DNA from: Piromyces finnis finn
Lineage: Eukaryota > Fungi > Neocallimastigomycota
Reading direction: 5' to 3'
Length of the DNA: 64,000 nucleotides
Assembly: GCA_002104945.1 (NCBI GenBank)
Contig: MCFH01000014.1
Coordinates: 62,001-126,000 of the forward strand
Part shown: positions 50,024 through 64,000 of the stretch, in pieces
How positions within the stretch are numbered: position 1 is the stretch's first letter
How the letters are laid out: each line of letters begins with the position of its first letter
Program-made: the position numbers and the translations under genes
Notes under the pieces: model-generated
What the model was told of the DNA's origin: nothing
Databases searched by the model: none
The model's input: only the letters and a program-made list of their open reading frames with translations

Positions 50024-53000
50024 GATAACTTTTTTTATTCATTACTTTTAAATTTCTAAAAAATTTTATATTAAATTTAATAAATTTATATTAATTATTT
50101 TAATATGAAGGATGATTGGATTTTCACAAAGTTAATAAAAGGATTATTCACAAAAAAAAAATTAAATTTTATTTTCCTTTCCTTTATACAATATCCTTAA
50201 TAAATGATTATATATATAAAAATATAAAATAGTCTAATAATAATAGTGATAATAATAATAAATAATAACAACAGACCACTATTTCATCTTTTTATTTATT
50301 TAAATATTTTTTTATTCTTAATGCTCTATTTTTTTTTTCTTTCCTAATGATATTTACATTATTAAATTCACATTTCATTAAAGTTACACAAAATAATAAA
50401 TTAAATAAAAATTTTTTAAAAAAAAAGAACAAGATCAATCTTTGTTGAGTTATAAAAATTAAAAAAAAAAAAATAGATATGTGTGAGAGAATATTACCAA
50501 CTTTTTATTAAAAAAAATATATTTATTTAATTATTATTATTTTGTTTTTTTTTCAGAACTTTTTATTAATAACAAAATACTCAAGAAAAAGTTATTTTTT
50601 TATGAAAGGAAATAGTTATTCCAATCTATTTATACCATTAAAGTTTTATTATCTTCATGTTCTACATTACATTTACGTAATACATTATTACATTTTGATT
50701 AGTAAATTATCCAAAATCTTTATCTTTTTATATATTGAAATTTAATAAAAAGGATTCTTTACCAATCAATTTATATAATTAATATATAATTAATTATTTT
50801 TTATAGGTAAATCAATTGAAATTAAGTAGAATATATTCAATTCGTATATTAATAATATATAAGGTGAAATTTAAAATCTATAAAATAATTTATTTGTTCT
50901 CTATTAATCAATAAATATTGATTATACTCTAATATATATAAAATTTATCATCTTTTTTTTAATTAATAAAAAATTGGTCTTTTTACACCACTAAAACCAA
51001 ATGAGCTTATCATGTAGTAGTGCCTAGATTTAAATTTATATTTAAATTTTAATAGCAGTTATTTATTTATTATTTATTCATTTAATTTGTATATAATATT
51101 TATTTAATTATTTATTTATTCATTCTTTTAATTTATATACATTATTTATTTAATCATTTATTCATTTAATATATATGATTTATTTAATTATTAATTAATT
51201 ATGTATTTAATTTATATAAATACCTATTTTACTAAAAAAGAAAAAAGTTTGATGACTAATTTTTTATAATGCATAAAAAGAATTAACTTTTTAAAAATGT
51301 GGAATCACACCACCATTTTCACAGAAATTCTATTGAACATAGGCATAGTTCAAGTTTTATTATTGCTAGTATTGATTATAATATATTAAACAAGTTGGAG
51401 AATTGTTTACTTATACCTGCTGCATGAATAACAATTAAAATCAAATAGAAAACTGCTTTGCTTTTTTTTTTTTTCTTTTATATTTGTGGATAGATATGGT
51501 TGATTAACAGTTTTTATTATTATTTGATTATTATATAATAATAATAATAATAATAATAATTATTATTAATTAAAGTTTCTTGTAAAAAAGAACAAAAAAA
51601 AAATTATAAATTACTAATAAATTGGTATTTATGATGAATAATATATTTTTATTTAATAAATAATAAATAATATTTATATTGTATATGTATAATATATAAA
51701 TTAATACATATAATATTCTATTTATTATATAGTATAATATAATATATTATTAAAATTTCAATAAACATTACTATAATAAAGTTTAGTGTTGTTTTATTAA
51801 TATATTATATATAAAAGTTCTAATATATTAGTACATATTGTAAATAAATTAATATTATAATATATTTATATATTTTACATATATTAGTAGGTGAATTATG
51901 GCTTATTGCTAATACTATAAGTACTATTAATGAATCAAATTTAAATAATAAATCTTAATATATATATAATTAATAGTAATAATACAAATAATATATTATC
52001 ATCCTTTTTTTATACTACATTTTATATTGGATTTAAGTTTTTAAATATATAAATAATATAATTAAATACTATTGATGATATTAAATATTAATGATAGATA
52101 TAAATAAATTTAAATATTATTTCAAATTATATTTAAATTTTTAAAAATTGAAAAAAAAAAAAAAAAAATTATAATTACATACAAAAAAAAAAAAAATAAT
52201 TTAATTATTTTAATAACCTTTTTTTTTTTAAAAATCCATCATCATTATATTGAAGAAAGAACCAATTTTCTAGTTAATTTAATCTACTATTTCGGTTTAA
52301 GATAAAACAATAATTAAATAAAAGTTTCAGATATAATCATATATTATTAAGTTTATACCAATATTATAATTGATAAAGAAAAAAAAAAATCAATGTTAAA
52401 CATTCGATACCAGTATCTATTTTAATATATCTAATATATTATATATATAAAGAAAAGGTGAAGATCAGTTCAATATACATTATTATATAAAGATTTCATT
52501 ATTTTTATTATTATATTTCGTCTGTTGAATACAGCTCTAAATATTAAAAAAAAAAAACACAATCTTTTAAAGTATTTTTTTTTATAAAAAAAAAAAAAGC
52601 AATCAGTAAGTCATTAAATTTAGAAATTTTATTTTAAAGTAGAGCTCGATGAATAATCAAAATTAAATACATACTTTTATATTTATACGTATTTATATTA
52701 AAACGAAAAAATAATCTATAAAACATAAAAGAAAAAAAAGTATTATATTGAATGATTTAAAATACATTTGAAATTTTTTAATAAATTTTAAAAAATTTCT
52801 TGATACTTTTTAGTTTTTTTTTTTTTATAATAAATATTGTAGTGTTTAATAAATAAAATATAGTGTGAATCAGTGTTGTTATTGCTCATGTAGAATTTTA
52901 TATTTTTAAAGTATACATGAAATATAATAATGGATTTGAAAAAATAAATGTAAATGATTTTTTAAAATTCTAAAAAGAAATCTAAAAAAATCAAAAAATT

Positions 53001-53313
53001 GTGAAAAGGCGAATTATAATTCTTTTAAATAAATTATTCATATATAGTAATATGTAGATATTGTATTAATATTTTTTTTTTAAATTTAAAATTTAAATAT
53101 AGGTTAAAATATATAAAAAACATAATAAGAAAATATTCAATTAATGAACATATTGTTTAATTTTTCAATAATATTAATATTATATTAATATTTCATAAAG
53201 TATATTTTATTTTCTTTATTCTTTTTTGAAAAAAAAAAAAAGAAAAAAAGAAAAAAGAAAAGCGGAATATAATTTATACATTCGTTTTTTTAAACATCAA
53301 AATTTAATGTATA

Positions 53314-54184
53314 ATGGGTTATAGTTATCCTTATAGAAATAATTCATCAAATAAATCATCAGTTCCGCAATTGACACCTGTAGCGCCATATCCAAATATT
53401 CAATTACCAATAACTAATTTACCAGTAGTTCCAATCACATCAGCAACAGCTTCTTCTTCATCGTCATCTGTAAATGATACTTCAAACCAAAACAAATTTA
53501 AAACATTTCCAAATGTAAAAAGAAAAAGAACAGCACAAGCTTGCAATGCCTGTAGACGAAAACGTATAAAATGTGATGGGAAATCACCGTGTACCCAGTG
53601 TATACAACATAAAATTGAATCGGAATGTTGTTTTGCTCAACCATTAAAACGTGGTCCAAGGAAAGGTTCTACTCGTGTTAACTTAAAAGAAAGACTACAT
53701 AAGGTGGAAGAATTACTTTATGCTCTAACTTCAAAACAAAATATTGATGAAATGTTGGCAGCAAAAAGTGCAGCGGATGAAAAAGCAAAACTTGGTGGTA
53801 AATCAAGTCAATCAACATCAACTATAAATGCTACAACTGTAACACCAATAACAACAACTGAATCAACTCCAGCAACAACAAATACTTCAGCATCATTATT
53901 ATCCCAAAAATCATTAGCTGCTTCACTATTAAATAACGGTTCAAAAATATCTACTTCTTCAACACCTATTCTACCTAATCCTACAATAACAGAGGCTGCT
54001 GCTTCAACATTGTTAAATACCAATACTAATTTATCTTCAAGTACAAATAATACTGACCTTTTAAATGCATTACAAACTAATGCTAATGTGGCTTCATCTT
54101 CATCCCTAAATAATACAAAGGATAACAATGGCGTTAATGTATCAAATATAAATTCATTATTATTTAATTCATTATTGTTAAATC

Positions 54185-54216
<32 letters not shown>

Positions 54217-57200
54217 ACATCAACCATAAAAAACTCGTCAAATAAAGCAACAACTAATTCTGAGGGATTGGCTGCTTTACAAGCCCTAACACAACAACAG
54301 CAATTACTTTCTTTAGCCTCTCAAAATCCAGGAATAGATTTAATGTCTTTAGCATCACTGCAGTCCAATGGTAAATTAAAAAGCAATATATTAAAAAATA
54401 ATAAAGCATTAAATAATACAACACCACAACTTTCGGAAATTCCTTTATCAAATCCAGCGACATCATCATTCCCAACAGTATTACCATCAATGAGTCCTAG
54501 CCCAAAATCACTCCTTGAAACCGCAATACCAATTTCACCTGCATTATCAGGAAAAAATAATAAAAGAAAATCAAAGATGGGTAAACGAGTTAATGTGCCA
54601 AATAAAAAAATTGCTACATCAGTTTTTAATGATCAAATAAATATTAAACAAGATAATATTATTGATTTAGCAAATAATATTCCTACCTCTTCAACAAATA
54701 AAATAGCACCTGTAAATACAATTAATGTTAAATTAGAGGAAGAAATATTAAAGAGTAAAATGAAAGGATTGGGTAAAATAAACGGTGAAAAGAATGATAT
54801 GCCATATATGACCTCAAGCAATTCAATAACAATTCCAAGTTCATGGACGAATACAGAGGCAACTAATGTATCGTCATCTACGTCGTCAATATATAAAAAT
54901 TTAATGAATAATAACGTTAAAAAAGAAACTGAAATTTCTTCCAACACTCCAAATCCATCAGTAAGTAATTTACCATTTATTAAGGTGTCATCCCAAACGC
55001 CAATTGTATCCACAAATCCATTATATACACAGGATACTATTAATAAACCATCATCAAATGCAATGAATATGGATATTCTCAAAAATTCACAATACAACTT
55101 ATCTTCTAATAATGACAAATTATTAAATACGACCGCCAAAGATATGTTAAATCAAACAAAAACACAACAAATTCTACAAAATACAATTAAAAATCTACTA
55201 AAAAGTGGTGTAATTGATCAAGAATTCATCAATAATAATCCCATATATTCCCAACTCCTAATGGATAATAATTTAATAAAGAATAGCGCACAGAAAAATG
55301 TATTATCTTCAATGAATACAGATCCATTGAGCTCTAACCTAGAATCCTTTAATTTGGCAAATCCCATAGATACAAATACCCTTGGATCATCATACACACC
55401 TACATCAACAACCAATATAGCTTCAAACATGTTATTGTCTAATGAATTTAGTAATTTCCCAATAAATTCATTATCCCCAGTAAATTCACCTGAAAGTGAC
55501 AAGAACTCCAATATAAATGCCCTAACCAAAGCAAAATTCAATATTGGTCAAAATAAAACATCACCTTTAATTAGTCAAAATGGATTAACCATTCCAAGTG
55601 ACAATACAACTTCAATGTTAGTAGCCGAAAAAAATGCAAATATTGGATTAGATTTCCTAAATACAATAAATAATACAAATAGTTTAAATTCACTAAATAT
55701 AAATAATTTGTATCGTAATAAGTTATTGAGTTCATTTAATCCGCTAAATTCATTAAATAATAATTTACAAGATAATATTTTTATGTATAATATAAATCCT
55801 GAACTACTACAAAATTATCCATTTGGAATCAATGGAAATGATGGGAATTTATTAAAACCAGCACCAACCTCCAAGGAAGGTACAGAGGATAAGAAAACGG
55901 ATGAAAAAACCTATAAAGGTGATCTTGGTGTTGCATTTATAGATATGAAATCATCAGGTGGATACATTTACTTTGGAAATTCCTCGTGTGTTGGTTTGGC
56001 CTCAAATTTAATTAATGACCTTTCCTCGGAAAAGAAATCCGCTTCATTTTCGTTTAATGATATAAAAAATATTCTTGCTTCTGTTTCTAATCGTAAAGAA
56101 GATGGTTCAGATATTGTTAACATAAACTCTAGAGTAGAAGATGTTACCCCAATAACAACAAAAGAAAATTTCAAAAAAATTCTTGATCTTTTCTTTGATT
56201 ATCTTCAACCTATTATACCACTTTTTAACAGACAAGTCTTTACTTCATTCTTAGATAATGATCCAGATGCTCCAGGATATCAATTATTATTACATTGTAT
56301 TCTTGCTGTTGTTGGTAAATATATTCCAAAGGAAGAATTACCAAAAGATTTACCTGAAAATATTAGTCAATTGGCTTTTGATTGGGCAAGAAATCAATTA
56401 CAAAAAGTGTTTGACATTCCAAGTTTACCTACTGTACAGGCTCTTATAATTTTATCTACACTTGCAATGAGTAATCCACGTTCAGAAATGGGATATTCTA
56501 CTTATACCTATACTGGAACAGCTGTAAGAATGGCTCATGAATTAGGTTTACATCGTGATCTTATGTTAAGAGGTCAAGATCATACCCTTGAAGAAAAAAA
56601 TGAAACCAGAAGAGCTTGGGTTCTTTTATATGTTTTAGATAGGCAAAGTGCTTTAATGACGGGACGACCAATGATTATTGATGATAGTGATTGGGACATT
56701 CCACCACCAACCATTGATTCTAATGAAGCCACAGATGTTGAAAAAGCAACTGTACAAGCTTTATTGGTGAGACTGGAATTATTTGAAATTGTGGGAGAGA
56801 TTTCACGTTGGAGTAATGCTGGTAAAAGAAAAGCTTCACAAGAAACAGATCCATTAAAGAAGGAAAAATTTGTAATTAATCATCAAAGAAAATTAACTGA
56901 ATGGAGAAATTCAATACCCGAATTTTTACAATGGACAGATCCTCCATACTTGTATGAAGAAGAAAGTGCAAATCCAATGAAAAATGAATTTACCTTTATA
57001 GATCAAGCCGCCACAGATATGTCCAATAAAGCAGACTTTAAAATTCCAACCAATGATAGTGGTAGTACACTAAATAATGAAACAAATTCACCCTCCACAG
57101 GATTAAATAAATCACCCAAAGGTTTAGTATGGACCATGTTCCCATTGTATTTAGCAGCCATTTATTATCGTGCCCAATTAACACTGCATGTCTATTCTCT

Positions 57201-58133
57201 AACCTCCTCCTCTATAACCCCAACCGTTTTACAATCCAAAAAGATTTGTACTTCAGCTGCCATTTATTTAACCAACATTATTATTTCAATGATGGCTATC
57301 ACTCCAGAACCACATCCATTATGCTCATTCTTTTTAGCCCAACTTCCAACAACTATTATGACCTGTATTAGTGTACAACTTTTCATTGTAAAATCCAATA
57401 ATTGGTCGATTGAGGAAAGACAAACGGCAACCAAAGCCATTTTAAATAATATTCAATTGTTGAAGATATCCAAAGTTCAACCATTAGGTACCTATCTTTA
57501 TGCTTATGCCAAATGGATTGTTCGAAAAGCAAATATTGAAATTAATGAATCTGATCTTGAACATATTGATGCAATGAATGCAAACACTACCACCTCTAAT
57601 CTTAAAACAATCTATTCATCCATTCATTCCATTACTAAAAATAAAAAAGAAAATAATGTTGATAATAATGATAATTTATCAACCCCTACCAGTACTAGTA
57701 CCAGTACCAATACCAATAGTAGTCATCTCTCCATGTCTAAAATGAATTCCACTGTACCCAACTCATCTTTATTCCCAACTTCTCCAAATTATATAGAATC
57801 AAACATTCTAAATGATCCAGGTAAGAATAAACATTTACATTTCTTTATCTATAATATGTTTTTTTTTTTTTTTCAACTAATCAATCCATTAACAAAAAAA
57901 CAAAACTTTTTTATGATTTACTTTAATTAGTAGGGTTAGCGTACAAAGGAAAGGAAACTTTGAATGAAAATGAACTATTACCAACGGAAAATAAAAATAT
58001 CCCAGCATCAACAACGAATATACAAGATGATGCATTATTGAATGCCTATCGTGAAGCTTTAAAACATAATGATCCATTCCTTACCACTATGGATTTCCGT
58101 GATTTAATGCAAGAAATGAATCTTGAACTATAA
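53314..58133 (+). CDS. Zn(II)2Cys6 fungal transcription factor with Fungal_trans middle homology region; exons 53314-57820, 57934-58133
   Basis: ACNACRRKRIKCDGKSPCTQC...C binuclear cluster. FFDYLQPIIPLF, AVRMAHELGLHRD and RRAWVLLYVLDR...GRP. The terminal GT-AG intron restores the frame to a TAA at 58131-58133. Confidence 0.95.
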
Positions 58134-59322
58134 AAATAGAGTTAAATTCCTTCAAAGTCCCACCACGAAATTCATAACCATTGACATTGTGTTTTTTTTT
58201 TAAAAAAAAAAAAAAAAAGTAAAGCATAACAACCTTATTATAAACTATCACACCTCACACACAAAAAAATATAAAAAAGAAAACTAGCAACAGAAACCAT
58301 GTTAAAATTCGTGATATCTATTAATTTTCATATTCTTAATATACAAATATTAGTAATTTTCTCAATTTTTTTTTTATATATTTTTCTGATAATACTCTTT
58401 CTATAATATAGTTTTTTTTTTTTTTTTTTTTAATTCTATGAATGAAATAATATATATATATATATATATTGAATTCTTAATTTATTATCATATAAAAAGA
58501 ATCATGAAATGTAGTAGTTTTTTATATATATGTAATTTTTTAAAATACACACTAAATGACAATAATACTTTTTTTAAATCTTTTTCTTCTTCTAATTACT
58601 ATTATCCTATTATTATTCTTATATATTCTTATTATCTTTATATATATATACTTTTCTCTCTTTCATTTAACGTTTCAAAAAAAAAAAAAAAAAAAAAAGC
58701 AAAGCATAAATAAAAATAAAACTATTTAAAAAAAATTTTTTTTAATCCTAAACCACAAAAGAATAAAAATATAAAATATTAAATTTCATTCCTATATAGA
58801 ATAGAGATTTTTATTTCTTTAATTGTAAAAAAAAAAAAAGTTTTTTTAAAGGGAGGAAGAGGATGAGGATGACACCTTAGTCATGATTGTAAATCTATAT
58901 ATAAAAATATATATAGAAATATATTTAAATTTTTTAAAAAAAAAAACCATTCATTTTATTTTTCAAAATTTATATTTATTTGTTAAAGTGTTATAGGAAA
59001 GAAAAAAAAAAAAAAAAAAAAAACGAAACTTTTTCTTCTTTATACTATTCATTTATCCTTTTTGGGGGAGGGAAAGGCCTTTATTTTGGTAGAACAAACC
59101 AATCATTCATTTTATATAAAATTATATAAAATTTTAAATATTTTTTAAAAAAAAAAAAAAAAAAAAAAATTAAAATTATACTAATGAAATTTTATTAAAA
59201 AAAAAAAAAAATTTTTTTATTTATTTATTTTTATTTACTAGGTTGTAAAAACAACAATTTTTTTTTTTTAAAATATAATATAAATATAATATAACAAAAA
59301 AAAAAAAAAAAAAAAAAAAAAA

Positions 59323-60017
59323 ATGAAAAACTTTACTGGCATATTTTCTTTTGAAGAAGCAAAACAAACTTATCAAAAGTAAAATAAAAAAAAAATAATA
59401 TAAGCATAATAATATAAATAAAGAATCCAATAATAATAATAAAATTTTTTTTTTTAAAAAAATAACAATTTTCTTTTTTTTCTTTCTTTCTTTCAAAATT
59501 TAAATTTTAAAAATTTACCAATTTAAATAATAATAATAATAATAATAATATTAGTAATAATAATGTATGTAAAATACTAAGTTATAGTGTGGATACCTGT
59601 CCAGAACCATTGATATGTTATTTAGGTGATTGTTATTTAAATTTTAAATGTAATAAAAATGATTTAACAAAATGTTCGTTGAAACCAACGCTAGAATGTC
59701 AAACGAATGACGATTGTTTATTCAATCAATGTCAAAATCATCAATGTCTTATTACTGATAAATATATTGAATGTTTATCTGGAAATGGAAAAACTTATTG
59801 TGGTAATGAAATAGGACAATCTTGTCATACCAATAAAGATTGTATTTATGAAAATTGTAAAGATAATATTTGTATTTACCCTGAAGTGTTGGATAAAAAA
59901 ATGATATTATTTCCAGGAATAGTATTTTTAGTTGCTTTTGTCATATTAATCCTTTTATGTTGTTGTTGTTGTATTTGTATTGCTATTAAAAAGAATAGAA
60001 AAAAGGAAAAATGTTAA
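59323..60017 (+). CDS. Small Cys-rich single-pass membrane protein (about 161 aa); exons 59323-59378, 59588-60017
   Basis: The spliced frame MKNFTG...YQN|VDTC is consistent. It has 15 Cys before the TM helix, including two C-x5-C-x4-C-x4-C units, then the TM helix, a CCCCCIC cluster and a basic tail. Confidence 0.8.
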
Positions 60018-62884
60018 GAATTTTGTTTTACTCCCATAAAAAAAAAAAAGAAATATCATTAGGTTACACAAATTAAATTAATAAATTGGTCAGGCTCTTC
60101 TTAGATGGAAATAAAAATAAAATGCCCGCTTTTTCCTACCTACAAATTAATGGTGTGAATGGGTAGTAAGGAAGAAAACGAAAAAAAAAAAAAATAAACT
60201 AATAATTAATAAATGTAAAAATGAAATAAAATTAGAAAATAAATAAATAAAAAAAAACCATTAATACTTTTTAATTTTCTTATCCTGAAATTATTCAATG
60301 TTTTTTTAATAATCATCTCTAAATCATTATAAACAATAAAGATGAAAAGTATTAGGCATATTCAATGGGCTTAATCACATGTATTTATAACAAAATTTTG
60401 AATATTATTAAAAAAAATAATATATATTAATAAGAAAGAAAATAATAATAAAAAAAAAAAAGTTTATTATCTATTTATATTATATAATAAAAATAAGGAT
60501 TAAAAAAAAAATAGGTTACAATTTTTTTTTTATATTTAATTATTTATTGAAGTTTGAATTGAATAGTTTTAATATCATGATGACAACAATATTTTAATAT
60601 GAAAATAATTACTGAAATCCTTTGTATTAAGCTATCTAGTTGTTGTTAACTTTACATAATACTTCATAATTATTAGAATATAGACATAATTTATGAAAAG
60701 GTAAAAAAAAAAAGATCTTTTCATTTTTAATATATATTTTATGATTATTCCTTAATAATCATAATTAAATACTATCCCATAAAAAAAAAAAAGGATATAA
60801 AAATAAAATTATCATAAGATTAAACAAATTTAAAAAAAAAAGTATCCATACATTCATTACAAATTCAACGTTTATTTTTTTTTCAATTAAAAAGCAAAGT
60901 TATTATAAATCAGATATTTATTGTTATTCATCATAATACTACAATAGTTAAAGTGGATTTTTTATCTTTTTTTTTTTTTTTGAAAAATTTCCATTTTCAA
61001 TATTTCTATATTAATTAATTAATATTAATTATAATATAAATATAATAAATTGTTTAATTAATAAAAGAAAATTTGAATTTCTTTTTTTTTTTTTATATTG
61101 TTCATATTGTTTATATTATATACATTATATATTGTTTATACTATTACTACCACCTAATAACTTGCAGTATTTTTTCTTTTTACTAAATAACTACAATAAA
61201 GAATTAAATTACTACTTAAAAAAAAAAAACTTTCATTTTATTAAAAAAAATATAAATTTTTTTTCTTTTAATTATTTTATTTTTAAATGTTTTAATGTCA
61301 CTTTGGCTTAACTTTAATAGTTACACAAAATATAAATTTTAAATTTTTTTTTATTTGTTTAATGAATGACAGCTTTTTTTTCTTTCTTTTCTTTTTTTAC
61401 AAACAATAATAAGAATCATGACTTTGACAAAAAAAAAAGGTAAAAGATACCTAGGATTATTAAAATCTATTTTATTATTTACATTTACCTTTTATTATTT
61501 ACAATGTTTTTTTTTTTTTTTTTTCATGAATATTTTACATTTTTATTTTTATTTGTCTTTTTTAAAAAAGTTTATTCTATATAAATAAATGAAAATAAAT
61601 GAATTACATTTTTATTTTTATTGGTTAATTTTATTTTATTTAAGTAAAAATGGAAATTATGCCGCAATTCAATACTCGAAACAACATGAAACAAAAAATA
61701 GAAATATTTATATAAATTCTTATAATAGAGAGATAGATATCATTAATGTTTAGAATAAGAACAATATATGCTGTAAATTACTTTAAAACCTCAATTATTT
61801 TCTATTTTAATAGTAAAAAAAATTAAATTAAAAGATAGATAAGCAATGAAATATGAAATCCAGAGTTTATAATAATTTACCTATTTTATATTTTATTTAT
61901 ATTTATATATATTAAAAGACACAAAAAAAAAATCTGTATTTTTCATAGTAATCCTATAATAAATAAAGATTAAAATTTATAATCCTATAAAATATAAATT
62001 AAAATTTATATATGTTGTGTAACTGGCCGTCCAATTTCATTTTTAATACATATAAATTAAAATTGATTGGTAGTAAATTATGTTTCAAAGTTAAAACTTT
62101 TTTGTACTACAATAGTAATATAACATCATCATGGAAATACCAATAGATTTTCTTTTTAAATATATATAATTATATATCAACATTTTTTTAATACAAAATT
62201 TTTCCATTTTTTTTAAAAAGAAAACAAAATAAAAAAAAAATTTAAAATTAATAAAAAATGGATATTAAATTAAATTAAATTTAATTTAATTCATTTAATT
62301 ATTAATAAAAAAAGTTTATATTTTTTTTAAAGTTTTATTTCTATACAAAAAAAAAAAAAGTAGCAAGCTAGGTAGCAGCAGCAGTTAAAAAAAGTTTTCT
62401 TTTTTTTTTTTTTGGTTTACTTTTATATCTATTTTATTTCGTCTATTTTTTTTATTCTTTATAGGATTTTTTTTTATAAAAATGAATTCTATTTATATAA
62501 AAGATATACAAAAGCTTTTTTTTTTTTTTTTATAATGTATATTTAAATTATTTAAATAATTAATGTATTAATAAATAAAAAAGATTGCTTTTTTTTTCTT
62601 TTTTATATATAATTATTGTTTCTTAAATTATTGAATTGTTTAATGAATAATAATCCATAGCTTTAAACTATTACTGAGAATAATGACATAAAATTATGCC
62701 TCTTTTTTTTGTGTGTGTGTGTATGTGTGTGTTATTTTATCTAATATTGTTTCAACTATAAAAATGAAATATAATATAAAAAGAAATATATAATTAATAA
62801 TTATTTTCAATCAAGTTAAGTTTTTAAACTATTTTAATTTTTTTTTTTTTTTTACTATTATTGTTATTTTTTAATGTTATATTT

Positions 62885-64000
62885 TTAATGACTTACTTGA
62901 TTAAAGTATTTATCTGAATTTTTTAATGTTCCATAAGGACTATAATTAATTGATTCAGTACCACTACCATTCATTCTAATTATTGGTTCTTGAGATAAGG
63001 TAAATCTACTAGATTCTTCAGAACTTCCATTATAAAAGGTATATTGGTTATTACTATATTGACTACTGTATGGTGGATTGCTACTAATTTTATAATTTCC
63101 TTGAGACATTGTATTAGTATCACCAGTTTTCTTGTAATATTGATTTGAACTATTTCCGGTATTTCCAATAAATCCCATTTTTTCTTTTAAATCAATACGA
63201 ATAAATAATAAATCTAAAAGGAAAATTAAACCTAACGCTGCTTTGGCCCTCCATACAGTATTTTTTATACCCTTTAAAATAGGTGGAGCATATAAGAAAC
63301 ATACAATAGAACTTGCAAAGTAAATTAACGCAACTATTTTTATTTATTTTTTTTTTAAAAAAAAAAAAAAGAAAATATATACTATTATTAGTAAATCGAT
63401 CCAACAAAGAGTCAAAATCTAATTTTAAAAAAAAAAAAAAAAAATTGATATTCTTACCTAAAAACATTCTTGTTAGTGTACTAGTCAACATAGTAGAAAC
63501 AATATCTTTACTCATACTATTGTTATTGGATTGTTCAATAAATGTTTTTATAATTAAATACATAAATACCACTTCAACTAATGCTAATGGAAGAAACGTT
63601 AAACCTTGTAAATGTGATCCTGCACTACTGGTTCTACCTGCAACATTAGCCGCTGCAATGATAAATCTTACAATAATATTATAGACAAATAATCCTTTCA
63701 TAATATAATCCCAATATTTCTTTTTAAGTGCATTTACTACTGTTTGTAATTTTATATATGAAATATAAACATAGCCATATTCATTTAAATGCCAAAAGAT
63801 AGCTTCAAGCCATTTAATTTGTAAAACATAATCAAGTGTAAAGTATAATTTAAAAGTATCGAATAAACTTGTTAATGAAACAGCAATGAAACCATAAAAA
63901 GTAACACTTAATAAGTTTTTCCAAAGTTTTCCTTCCCCAATAACAATGTAGGTATATAATACTAAAATAAAACTTAAACTTGGACCATAATATTGTGTTT
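62885..64000 (-). CDS. Seven-TM (GPCR-like) membrane protein, 5'-partial; exons >64000-63458, 63333-62885
   Basis: The frame is open from the window edge. One GT-AG intron (63457-63334) joins ...TRMFL|VALIYF... and continues into the 63178-62885 ORF. Seven hydrophobic segments are followed by a Ser/Asn/Tyr-rich tail. Confidence 0.75.

Noticed and set aside
58866-58876. AGGATGACAC, a U6 snRNA-like 10-mer
   Set aside because: The flanks do not resemble U6; it is a purine-rich intergenic patch.

Overview
This is extremely AT-rich, intron-rich eukaryotic DNA with long poly-A/T runs. Composition and gene content suggest an anaerobic gut fungus (Neocallimastigomycota); that assignment is inference. 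Genes reconstructed by hand across introns are: an FPY1-like molybdopterin-binding-domain protein (partial), proteasome beta-3 (PUP3), a 6-TM class I cyclic-nucleotide phosphodiesterase, TRM2 tRNA methyltransferase, SOG2, five GPI-type CE4 polysaccharide/chitin deacetylase paralogs, a SAAL1-like protein, a Zn2Cys6 transcription factor, a small Cys-rich membrane protein and a partial 7-TM protein. There are three main highlights. (1) TRM2 carries two minor-spliceosome (U12-type) introns, one AT-AC and one GT-AG. (2) A 589-bp poly(A)-tailed SINE-like element with a perfect 13-bp target-site duplication and a Pol III B-box shares a 44-nt structured motif, including a compensatory base-pair change, with the 3' end of a LINE about 8.5 kb away, so the two form a candidate SINE/LINE pair. 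(3) One CE4 paralog has lost a metal-binding His. All homology calls come from motif recognition, not database searches.
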